Shown here: piece by piece, positions 13,096 to 24,972 of the stretch | Layout: the number at the start of each line of letters is the position of its first letter | How positions within the stretch are numbered: position 1 is the stretch's first letter | From: Octopus sinensis | Taxonomy: Eukaryota | Reading direction: 5' to 3' | DNA: 64,000 bases | NCBI RefSeq assembly: GCF_006345805.1 | Contig: NC_043013.1 | Coordinates: 8,370,001 to 8,434,000, forward strand | Position numbers and translations under genes: made by a program | The notes under the pieces: model-generated | What the model saw: the letters and a program-made list of their open reading frames with translations, nothing else | Database searches by the model: none | Told to the model about the DNA's origin: nothing

Positions 13096-14235
13096 GTATG
13101 TATGTATGTATGTATGTATGTGTAACTTAGTTATTGCACACTGGAAAAGCCAGTCTTTATCTTTCTACTTAAATTGTACAAATTTCACTGACAAAATTCC
13201 GTGCTGTACAAATTTATAACTTTTGAAAAGTTCTGTCTGTGCACTCTAAGAAGCTTATTCCTAAGAAAAACACAGCATGTGTTTATTGAAGTAGCAGGCT
13301 GTTATTGACCACAGGGGTATAAGTTCAAACCTAACTTCTACATTCACCTAACCTTGCTTTTATTACTCTAAGTAAAGACACATTACTCTGTTTGGATTAG
13401 TCTGTCTGATAAGTACCTTTCAATTTTTTTTTATTTTTAGTTGTGTAGAGAAAGTAATTGCTCCAACAATATGCAAATATCAAAATCTTTTAAAAACTCT
13501 CTGACTCATATTAACATAGAAGCATGTAGGTGACAAACTAGAAAAATATAACAAAATATGTTTTGTATGAAAAAAGCAATACACATATTACAGATGTCGA
13601 TTTTATTTGATATCTTAATAAAATTTGTGGTAATTGAAATATAAGTATTAATATTCAGAATTCTTAGACTTTGTTTTTTTACTTAAGTTTTTACGAAATT
13701 TTTTTAAGGTGATTTTTTTAAGTGATTTTTTCTTCTTTTTTTCTTGTCTAATATTTTAGAATTTTTGAAGTAATGGTCTAGTAATTTTCACAAATTTTAA
13801 ACTAGTTATTTTTAAAAGTTTTAACACACATTGTTTTACACATACATGCATACGTACATACAAATATGTATGTATATGTGTGTGTATGAGTGTGTGTTTG
13901 TGTGTGTGTATGTCTGTCTGTCTGTGTGTGTGTGTGTGTGTGTGTGGTGTATGTGTGTGTGTGTGTGTGTGTATGTGTGTATTTATGAGATTTTTTTTCT
14001 ATTATTCTAATATTTTAATAAAATTTTCAGAGGTCAGATCAGATTTTAGCAATTCTTTAGATTAAGATTTAGACTGTAGATTTTGATTGTAATTTTAAAA
14101 AAATTTTTTATTTTCATTATTTTTTTAATATGTATTTCTTAACTGCACCAATTATTTTGCAAAAGCTTTTGTTAGTTTCACTCACCCTCACTTCGACGGA
14201 ATAGTTTTCCATTCATCTGTCTATCTGTCTTCTAG

Positions 14236-14298
14236 GAGTTAGCACGAAGACGTTCTCTTGTTGGAGAAGAGAGCATAAATTTTAAATCTGAAGGAAAC
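14236..14298 (+). CDS. DGK: DGK linker exon (ELARRRSLVGEESINFKSEGN)
   Basis: Acceptor ctgtcttctag, donor gtgagt, 63 nt, phase 0/0, open in frame between the C1B and catalytic exons. Confidence 0.75.
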
Positions 14299-14639
14299 GT
14301 GAGTAGTATTTGGTGTTTCCAGATGTTGTGTGCCTCTTCAAAGAGCTGATATATCATCAGTAGAGAATTTTGGCACATTTTGATTTGGTTTCGCCCTACC
14401 AATATAAACTAAATGAAGCAAAAATTCACACTATTTTTGATATGTCTTGCTTTATCTAAAACACTGCTATTTTCCTGTCTCCACCATCCCCTAATTTTTC
14501 ATCAGTATCACCTATCTATTTCTAGCTATCACTCATGACCTGTGCCTTCCACCAGTGTCAGACCAATACTGATTCCTGATTCCTTTTAACAGTAATTGAT
14601 ATTAGATGAATACCCAAAGAAATTAGTATTTTCCATATA

Positions 14640-14701
<62 letters not shown>

Positions 14702-14881
14702 AGTATACATATGTATACATGCAGTATATATATATATGTATGTGTGTGTATATGTGTGTGTGGATATACATGTACCTATATACTCATATATATATAATTA
14801 CCTAAGTGGATATATCAGTTACAAATAGTTTCTAAACTATTACCTCTCCAATAGTTCACATAACCCTATTTAGTGTATATG

Positions 14882-14929
<48 letters not shown>

Positions 14930-15613
14930 CATCATCATCATCATCATTATTATTATTATTATTATTATTAGATGTCATTATTATTAGATGTTATTAGATG
15001 GAAGTATAGATACAATTTAGAATAGCAATCCCAATCCCTTTTATTTATATATTTTGATGTGGTTCTTTTTTTTTTCTTTTTTCTTGATGTTATAAATGTT
15101 TACATTTTAATTCTTACTTAAAATTTTTATTTCTTTATTTCTTTAATAACAGCTCTTTGCTTTTCATTTCACACACACCTACACACAGACGCATGCATGT
15201 ACAAACACATGCACATTCTCCATGCTGATGCAAACACACATTCACATTCGGATAAGGCCTTGTTGATATTGAAGATATGTGTATACTCTCACACACACAC
15301 ACATACACACACATATGTACATTTGGGTGTGTGTATGTACATATATATATATAGATAGATAGATACATATATATATATATATATACATACACACACATAT
15401 ATATACATTCATATATATATATAAATACATATATATATATATATATATACATACATATATATTCATACATATCATCATCATCATCATCGTCGTTTAACGT
15501 CCGTTCTCCATGCTAGCATGGGTTGGACGGTTCGACCGGGGTTCTGGGAAGCCAGAAGGCTGCACCAGGCTCCAGTCTAATCTGGCATATATATACATAA
15601 ATACATATACATA

Positions 15614-15659
<46 letters not shown>

Positions 15660-15661
15660 AT

Positions 15662-15722
<61 letters not shown>

Positions 15723-15736
15723 CACACACAAATATA

Positions 15737-15781
<45 letters not shown>

Positions 15782-16631
15782 TATATATTCCTTTCTATAT
15801 GTTCATTCATAATTTGACTATGAATGTCATAACAGGCTCAAAAAAATAAATACTCCAAAACTAACCATGTAACGGAATAACTGTGATGTGTAAAATGATC
15901 ATATTTTTCAGCAAACCTCAATATATTCTTCTCCTCTCTGGACATTTTCTGCTAATTAAATGCTGCATATGAAAGGTCAAAATTTCTTCATTGGATTTTC
16001 GTTTTTTACTAATGGATTTATTAATTATTGATATAAACAGAATAATGTGTGTGTGTGTGTGTGTCATCAGCCTCATTTAGTATCTGTTTTCCATGCTGGC
16101 ATGGGTTGGACAGTTTGACAGGAGCTGGTAAGTCAGAGGGCTATACCAAGCTCTTCTGTCTGCTTTGGGATAGTTTCTATGGCTGGATGCCCTTCTTAAC
16201 ATCATTCACTTTATATATCTATGTATCTGTTTATCTACATACACATATGTATCATCATCATCTCCACCATCATCCTCAATGTCATTGTCGTTATTCAATG
16301 TCCATGTTCCAAGCTGGCACAGGTTGGATACTTTGACAGGATCACATCCAATGGCCTGACGAACTTTGGTATGGTTCCTACAGCTGGATGCTCTTGCTAA
16401 TGGCAACCACTTGACAGCATATCTTGGGTCCTTTTTTTCTCTGCCACTAGCTCTAGTGAGGTCATTAGCCTGTACCAGTGAGATCATTTGCCAGCACTAG
16501 TGACGTTTCCTTGAGTGGTTGGAGGAAACTTTATGCTAAGAGAATGAAGAGTCGAAACCGGTAGCCATTAGCCCACTTGCCTTCAATCATCACTGAATGG
16601 AACAGGTTATATAGATTATTAACATTATGCT

Positions 16632-17273
16632 CATTATTTACATTATGTACATTTGACGGATATTTGTCCTTGTCTTTTTTGTTGTTAACACAACGTTTCA
16701 GCTGATATATTCTCCAGCCTTTTTCAGGTGTCCTGGGGGAAATTTCGAACCTGGGTTCTCATTCCTAAGGTATTTTTCGATAAGGGTAGAGGAACATTGC
16801 AAAGCTGTGACACAAGGAGATATTGATGAATTGGGTATAGCTGATCATGTATGGAAAAATGGAGACCACCTCCCCCTGTGGGATGAAGTTAAAATAATAG
16901 ACAGAGAACACTACTGGAAAATGCGAAAACTAAAAGAAGCAGCACATATGCTAGGACATAATAACCTCCTAAGCAAACCTGGTGCAGATATGAGTAGTGC
17001 AGATGCTAAGGAAGGGTAGGAAAATATTATAAGCCCTACAATTCACTCCATAATTGTCCACGGGCATGTGGCTTAGTGGTTAAGAGCATGGGATACTAAC
17101 CCCCAGATTCCAAGTTCAATTTCAGGCAGTGACCTAAATAATTAGAATAATAATAATAATATCGAAAAATACCTTAGATTGAGAACCCAGGTTAGAAATA
17201 TCCCCAGGACACCTGGAGAGTATATCAGCCGAAATGTTGTGTTAACAAATATCCATCAAATGTAAATAATGTA
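16632..17273 (+). mobile_element. Truncated Penelope-like element: inverted pLTR, GIY-YIG fragment, tRNA-like segment, pLTR
   Basis: Inverted arms 16632-16781 and 17161-17273 enclose RVEEH...GIADHVW...WDEVKIIDREHYWKMRKLKEAAHM. Confidence 0.8.
16688..16731 (-). ncRNA. Degenerate minimal hammerhead motif
   Basis: ACAC-CUGAAAA-A-GGCUG...CAGCU-GAAA-CG-UU-GUGU. G8 has mutated to A. Confidence 0.65.
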
Positions 17274-17314
17274 CATTATTCAAATATTTGAGTGTAATGC
17301 TTAAATGAAAACAG

Positions 17315-17565
17315 CCTTGGGATTGCACCTAGAAAGTTACCCTCTGAGGAACAAATCCAGGCACGGTTGTCTATGGAATACCAGCCTTCTCTCTCCATAC
17401 CACCAATGTTATCCAATAATGTCGCAATAATGTGGCACCAGTAATGTCACAGCTCACTTCTACCGCTGAGTGAATACGAAATAAAGTGTCTTGCTCAAGA
17501 ACACAACACACAGCCCAGTCGTGATTGTGGGTCTGACGTTCTAACCAATGAGCCATTCACCTTCA
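17315..17565 (-). mobile_element. tRNA-headed SINE (family D)
   Basis: Homologous to 40920-41245 and 61075-61378. Minus-strand head ...tggctca(g/t)tggttagag. Confidence 0.75.
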
Positions 17566-17904
17566 CTCGGTAAATTATGTAAGAAAGTAGGATGCTGGAC
17601 TGTAGAGATATCAGTCTTAGATCATAGTTGCATGATTCGTGATCAGAAGGGTGCCCAGCTGTAAAAACAGATATCTAAATTTGCAACTTCCTACTTGTTT
17701 TGTTGATGAGATATCTTTTTACTGATATTGTGTTATTTTTGTTGAAGCTACAATAAACTGATTTGGGATCTCTAGCAAACAGTCTCCCCATTGTTTTCCA
17801 TTTATACTCTGCAGATTTATAGTTTAATTTCCCAGCTGTCGCCATTAGTTCTTATTTCGGCTGATGATGTCATAGAAAGGAAACTGAAAGAAAAAAAAAA
17901 ATAC

Positions 17905-18305
17905 AAGTGTGGATGTGTGGGAAGAAGCTTGCTTGTCAACCACGTGATTCTGGGTTCAGTCCCACCATGTGGAACATTGGGCGAGTGTCTTTTGCTATAG
18001 CCTCAGCCTGACCAAAACCTTGTGAGTGGATTTGGTAGACAGAAGCTGAAGGAAGCCTGCTGTGTGTGTGTGTGTGTGTGAGGGTCTACCTGTGTTGGTC
18101 CCCACATCTGCTTGACAACCAGTGTTGTTGTTTACATCTCCATAACTTAGCAGTTAGACAAAAGAAACCAATAGAATAAGTACCAAGCTTTAAAAAAAGA
18201 TAAATAAAAAGGTCTAAGGTTAATTCATTGAACTGAAAATTCTTCAAGGCAGTGTTCCAGTATGGCCACAGTCTAATAATTGAAACATGTAAAAGTTAAA
18301 AGATA
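17905..18305 (+). mobile_element. SINE family A copy (diverged)
   Basis: Same head, body and tail as 239-640. Confidence 0.75.
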
Positions 18306-18829
18306 AAAAAAAATGTAAAAGAAGTCCAAGAAAGGAATTTGATTTCTCATATGCCAATCATAAACCATTCGTTTATATCCAGTTACTCTGTTCTGATTAG
18401 ACTAATTTCATTTATATTTGTTTTAAGTCATTAGTTTACCATTCACATTGTCGTTATAGTTGTTGTGTCATCGGTGTTGTTTTCATTGTTGTTGTTATTA
18501 TTATTGTTGTCTCAATTCATAGTTAGTTATTGTTGTATTTTCATTTATACACCTATGTTTAATCAAAAATTGATGTCTGTATGTATTTAAAAAGAACAAA
18601 AACAAAAACCCTTTATCATTTGTATTCTTTCTTTATTAATTTTTTGCTCTTCCCACCCCTATTATACATGCTTTACTGTAAGAATTCCATTACATATTTG
18701 TGACTAATTCTTCAAATGTAATTTAATGAAATTATTATCATTACATTTTACTTCTCAGAGCTCTCAATCTTTATTTCTTAAATGTCTTTTTCCATAAATC
18801 ATAAGACTTGTTAGTTAGGAATTAAGTTC

Positions 18830-19075
18830 CATGGAAGATACTCAACACCCAAGGACCAATCGGAAAATCCTAGCTGTCTTCAATAGAGCAGTTATTTTGG
18901 GCATGCTCTACTCTCATGACAATTCCAACTTCTCCAACATATTTCTCAAATTTGGTTATTAGTGCTCCAAGTATCCCTACAACCGTTGGGATAACAGTTA
19001 CTCTCTTCTTTGCAATTTTGTTTTTTAGTAATTTGTATTTTTCCACCTTTTCCAGTTCTTTGTCACCTATGCATG
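18830..19075 (-). mobile_element. R4/Dong-like LINE 3' fragment
   Basis: KELEKVEKYKLL...VTVIPTVVGILG in ORF 18870-19100. Confidence 0.7.
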
Positions 19076-19225
19076 CATACTCTGCTGCATCAAATTCCAC
19101 TGAGGTCGACTTCGCCTTTCATCCTTCCGGGGTTGATAAATTAAGTACCAGCTGAGTACTGGGGTCGATGTGATCAACTATCCCCCTCCCCACAAGATCC
19201 AGGCTTTGTATCTATAGCAGAAAGG

Positions 19226-19256
<31 letters not shown>

Positions 19257-20002
19257 TATTATTATTATTATTATTATTATCATCATCATCGTCATCATTA
19301 TCATTATTATCATCACCACCATCACCATCATCATCATCATCATCCTCATCATCATTATTATTCCATCAGCCAAAGGAAGTTGTTAAAACATCAATCAATA
19401 CAATCTTTGTCTTTGAGTAAGGTTTCAAAACTTTAGTTAGAGACCAAAGGAAACCCTACTCCTACCTCCAGCCCACTTTTCTAAGCTAACAGCTACAGCT
19501 GACCTCACAGGCCTGAGGCATATAAATAAGGTGCAATGGCTCCGTTTTAGAAACAGTGGCCTTGATCGGTTCAAGATCTTGCTGCAATATCATATTACTA
19601 TAAATTACCTCATTTTTATATCAAGTAAATGAGATTATGACTAATGACTGGTTGAAAGGACATGAAGATTAATGTAATGTTTATTTTGATAAATGAGCTG
19701 TGAGAAAAGGAGCAGTGTGTGTGACCTTTGGATGCCCTCCCAGATTGCTTTAATTGATGTGGCCAATTTCTAACCTGAGCGGCTGTCAATCAACATCTGT
19801 AAGAAAACATTGGCCAGATGTGGACTAGGAAATTGATGTGAATTCTTGGAATGAAATGAATTCGGTTAAAGCCAGTCCAGGACCAAATGTTGCTTATGTC
19901 GTTGTTGTTGGTATTACTGTTGTTGTTAGGCCTCAAGTCCATCCTAATTGTGGAAATGTTGGAACAAAGGTGTATCAGCCTTATTAAGGGTAGCTAAGAC
20001 TA

Positions 20003-20400
20003 TACTCTTTTTACTCTTTTACTTGTTTCAGTCATTTGACTGTGGCCATGCTGGAGCACCACCTTTAGTCGAGCAAATCGACTCCGGGACTTATTCTTTG
20101 TAAGCCCAGTACTTATTCTATCGATCTCTTTTGCTGAACCGCTAAGTGACGGGGTCATAAACACACCAGCATCGGTTGTCAAGCAATGCTAGGGAGACAA
20201 ACACAAACACACACACACATACATATATATATATACATATATACGACAGGCTTCTTTCAGTTTCCGTCTACCAAATCCACTCACAAGGCATTGGTCGGCC
20301 CGAGGCTATAGCAGAAGACACTTGCCCAAGATGCCACGCAGTGGGACTGAACCCGGAACCATGTGGTTGGTTAGCAAGCTACTTACCACACAGCCACTCC
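20003..20400 (-). mobile_element. SINE family A, full-length copy
   Basis: Reverse complement of the 239-640 element. Confidence 0.85.
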
Positions 20401-21145
20401 TATATTTTCTAATGTAACTTTTTTATTATCATTAGGTGGGATGTAATTTGAGGGAAATTTGGTTGTTATTTCTAATAGGTTGTTATTTCTAATAGGTTAT
20501 CTAGAAGTTTCATGTGTTTTTGAGCTTTTCATACGAGGGTTCTTAGCCATTTTTCATCTATGGACCCCTTTCATTACTATTTTATTCTGGTAGGCCCCTG
20601 TAGCCATTTGATGTTTAAAAACTAGTTTTATAGAAACTTCTTTCAAGATTCCTGTTTTGTTTTCAATACATTAATTTGTGTAGGTTGAACTATATAAAAC
20701 ATTACAAAAAGAAACTTTGCTGTTTCTTGCAATACATAAATGCTTAAATGAAATGCTTATGTATATATACATCATCATCATCTAACATCTGTTGTCCATG
20801 CTGACATAGGTTGGACGGTTTGACTGGGCTGGCATACTGGAAGGCTGCACCAGACTTCAGTCTGATCTGGCAGTCTTTCTACAGCTGGATGCCCTTCCTA
20901 ATGCCAACAACTTCATGAGTGTAATGGGTGCTTTTACATGCCACCAGCACAGGTGCCATTCGCATGACATTGGTATCTGCCACAACTGTGATTTTGCTCA
21001 GCTTGATGTGTCTTCTTCTCAAGCACGACATAATGCCAAAGGTCTTGGTCATCGCCTCCATGAGGCCCAAAACTCAAAAGGAGCTCAGCCGCTTTGCCTG
21101 CATGAGGCCCAATGCTTGAAAGGAACTCATATATGTATGTATGTA

Positions 21146-21179
<34 letters not shown>

Positions 21180-21182
<3 letters not shown>

Positions 21183-21537
21183 CCCATTTGATTCCAGCCT
21201 GTCTGAGACCTACTCTCCATTCTTTGATACAAATTCTCCGTTTTAAAGTGAACTAGATAAAAACCTTCTATCCAAATTTCTCATTAATTTATTAATTTAT
21301 GCTCCAAGTACCACCTTTATCATTTTGTTACAACATTTTTGCTGTATTTCAGGTAATTTAAAAAATATTTAGTAAATTTAGAATTTAGTAAATTAACTTT
21401 GTCGTTACTAAGCTGGCATTTAGAACATTCATTAACATGAAACTGTGATTGAAGGTTTTAATTTTGATCACTTAAAAACCTTAAGTTTGTATTTTAGAAC
21501 CAGAGATGGTGCCAGATGGTTGGCATCAAACAGTTAA
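21180..21537. mobile_element. Diverged piggyBac-type MITE relative
   Basis: taacccatttgattcca.../...tggcatcaaacagttaa ends, with internal similarity to 52520-52739. A related partial copy starts at ~22003. Confidence 0.5.
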
Positions 21538-22890
21538 TAACGACAAAGTTTTTGATTAGCATCAATTATTTTCAAACTTAATTGAAAAACAAGACAGTAT
21601 GTTTCAACATGTCGAGGCACGTGGTTTAGTGGTTGGGGTGTCAGCATCATGATCGTAAGATTGTGGTTTCGATTCCTGGACTGGCGATGCATTGTGTTCT
21701 TGAGCAAGCACTTCATTTCATGTTGCTCCAGTTCGCTCAGCTGGCAAAAATGAGTAACGCAGCGATGGACTGGTTTCCCATCCAGCTGCAGAACACATAT
21801 GCCATAGAAACCGGGAAACCGGGCCCATGAGCCTGGTTAGGCTTTAAAACGGTGCATTTATTTATTTATTATGTTTCAACAGAAATATGGTACTGAAAGG
21901 ATTAATATTATTAAGTATGGAAAAAGATGATGGTGGTGGGAGTGGGGGTGGGGTAAGGATAGAAACTGAACTTAGATATCTTGTGCTATTTAACTCAATC
22001 TCTTAACCCTATTGATTCCAACCTGCCCAAGACAATCTGCCCAAGACAGCAGCAAGTCGGGGACCCAGGAAAGATAGTTATACTCTTCCATAGAAAAGTC
22101 CTGCTTCTTTGATAACAACTCCCTGTTTTAAAGTGATTTAAATAAAAAAAAACTCCAATCAAAATTCCATGTTAATTATGTTCCAAACACCAGCTTAAAA
22201 GTGACATGGTTATTTTTAATAAATTCTTCATTATTTTCCAAAATTGATTATGGTAAAAAATGGGTGAAAGTTCCAAACTGGAAAAAAAAAATAAATAAAT
22301 AAATATTGCCTTGGGTTTAACTTTGATTTCCATCACTCAAATGTCATCAAAATAAACAGCAATGATGTAATAATTGTAGTAGCAGCAGTAGTGGTGGTAG
22401 TAGTAGTAATAGTAGTAGTAGTAGCAGCAGTAGTGGTGGTGGTGGTGGTAGTGGTGGTGTGGAGGTTGGGGCTTCAACAGCAAGGATGGCTCTTTCATTC
22501 CAATCAACTATATACCTTCTTTACACACTTCCCTGGCCTTGTGCCATTCCAGGAAATCAATACGTCTAAGAATATTGGTTTGGAATTAGGTTTAGAGCAA
22601 CTAATGTAAATAAATAAATAAAAAAAATGTTTTATTTTTCACTTATTAACCAATTCAAAATATATACAAATACTTACATATACACACACTTATGAAAATA
22701 CATACTTATACACACAGCTGATATATTATAAAGAATTATATAATTACATATACGTACATATATATATATGTGTGTATATGTTTATAAGTGTGCATATATA
22801 TATATTTGTGTGTGTATACATACATATATATCTAGGTATATACACACACACATGTACATGCATTTTATATATACATACATATATATATAC

Positions 22891-22989
<99 letters not shown>

Positions 22990-23418
22990 TCATCATCATC
23001 TAACATCTGTTGTCCATGCTGACATAGGTTGGACAGTTTGACTGAGCTGGCATACTAGAAGGCTGCACCAGGATCCAGTCCTATATGGCATGGTTTTCTA
23101 CAGCTGGATGCCCTTCATAACACCAACCACTTCATGAGAGTAATGGGTGCTTTCACCTGCCATTTTCACTACACTGGTATCTGCCATGACTGTAATTTTG
23201 CTCGGCTTGAAGGGTCTTCTTCTCAAGCACGACATAATGCCAAAAGTCTTGGTCATTGCCTCTGTAAAGCCCATCACTCTAAAAGAACTCGGCCACTTTG
23301 CCTCCATGAGATCCAACACTCAAAAGGAACTCAGCCACTTTGCCTCTGTGAGGCCCAATGCTCAAAATTAACTCATATATATATGTATGTATTTATGCAT
23401 GTATGTATATGTATATAT

Positions 23419-23554
<136 letters not shown>

Positions 23555-24972
23555 TACACATATAGCGCAGGCATAGCTTTGTGGTAAGAAGCTTGCTTCC
23601 CAACCACATGGTTCCGGGTTCAGTCCCACTGCTTGACACCTCAGGCTGACCAAAGCTTTCTGAGTGGACTTGGTACACAGAAAATGTCCTGGGGTCGATT
23701 TTTTTGACTAAAACCTTTCAAGGTGATGCTCCAGCATGGTCACTGTCAAATGACTGAAACAATAGAAGAGCAGAAAGATAACCAGTGAGTGTGTTAAGTA
23801 ATAAGGCACTAAAAGAGAATGACCTTCCCTTGACACAATAATATATATATAAGCATAAATATATATTCGTGTATATATACATGTATATATATGTACATAG
23901 GTACATATTTGTGTGCATGTGTGTGTGTGTGTGTGTGTATATATCACCATGATCACCATGACCGACCAGGCTATCAGATGTTGCTACACATCACTGGTCA
24001 CAATGTGCTTCGCATTGTTTAAGCCTTCAAATGACGCCACTCCGCTGGCTAAGGGAGCAGGCCAACAGAAGAAAGAGTGAGAGAAAGTTGTGGCGAAAGA
24101 GTACAACAGGGACCACCACCACCCCACTGTCGGAGCCTCGTGGAGCTTTAGGTGTTTTCGCTCAATAAACACTCATAACACCTGGTCTGGGAATCGGTGT
24201 ATATATACATATAAATATATGTGTGTGTATGTGCAAATTTATATATACACATACAGATATACATCATCATCATCATCATCATCGTTTAGCGTCCGTTTTC
24301 CATGCTAGCATGGGTTGGACGGTTCTACTGGGGTCTGTGAAGCCAGAAGGCTTCATCAGGCCCAGTCAAATCTGGCAGTGTTTCTACGGCTGGATGCCCT
24401 TCCTAACGCCAACCACTCCGTGAGTGTAGTGGGTGCTTTTTACGTGCCACCCACACTGGTGCCAGACAGAGCTGGCAAACGGCCACGAACGGATGGTGCT
24501 TTTTATGTGCCACCGGCACGAGGGCCAGGCGAGGCTGGCAACGGACACAAAACGGGGCGGTGCTGGCAACGGTCGCGAAACGGAAAGTTCTCTTACATGC
24601 CACCGGCACTGGTAACACATCTGCAATTTCCATTGATCGATTTCCATTGATCGATTTCGATTCTGATCGTCACTTGCCTCAACGGGTCTTCACAAGCAGA
24701 GTTTTGACATGCCACCGGCACTGGTAGCACATCCGCAATTTCCATTGATCGATTTCGATTCTGATCCTCACTTGCCTCATCACGTCTTCACAAGTAGAGT
24801 TTTGTGTCCCAAGAAGGGAAGGTATGCATACGTAGGCTGGCTCCATCCCATGTAGAAGGCCACGGGTTATGGACTCACTTGTCCTGCCGGGTCTTCTCGC
24901 GCACAGCACACTTCCAGAGGTTTCGGTCTCTAGTCATTTCCTCAGTGAGACCTAAAGTTCGAAGGTCGTGCT

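Noticed and set aside
16540-16570. gaagagtcgaaaccggta, resembling the 3' half of a minimal hammerhead
   Set aside because: The 5' core and helix I cannot be identified, so it is at best a remnant.
17061-17130. tRNA gene
   Set aside because: It has only A/B-box-like remnants and no complete cloverleaf, so it is treated as a tRNA-derived segment. The same applies to the SINE heads.
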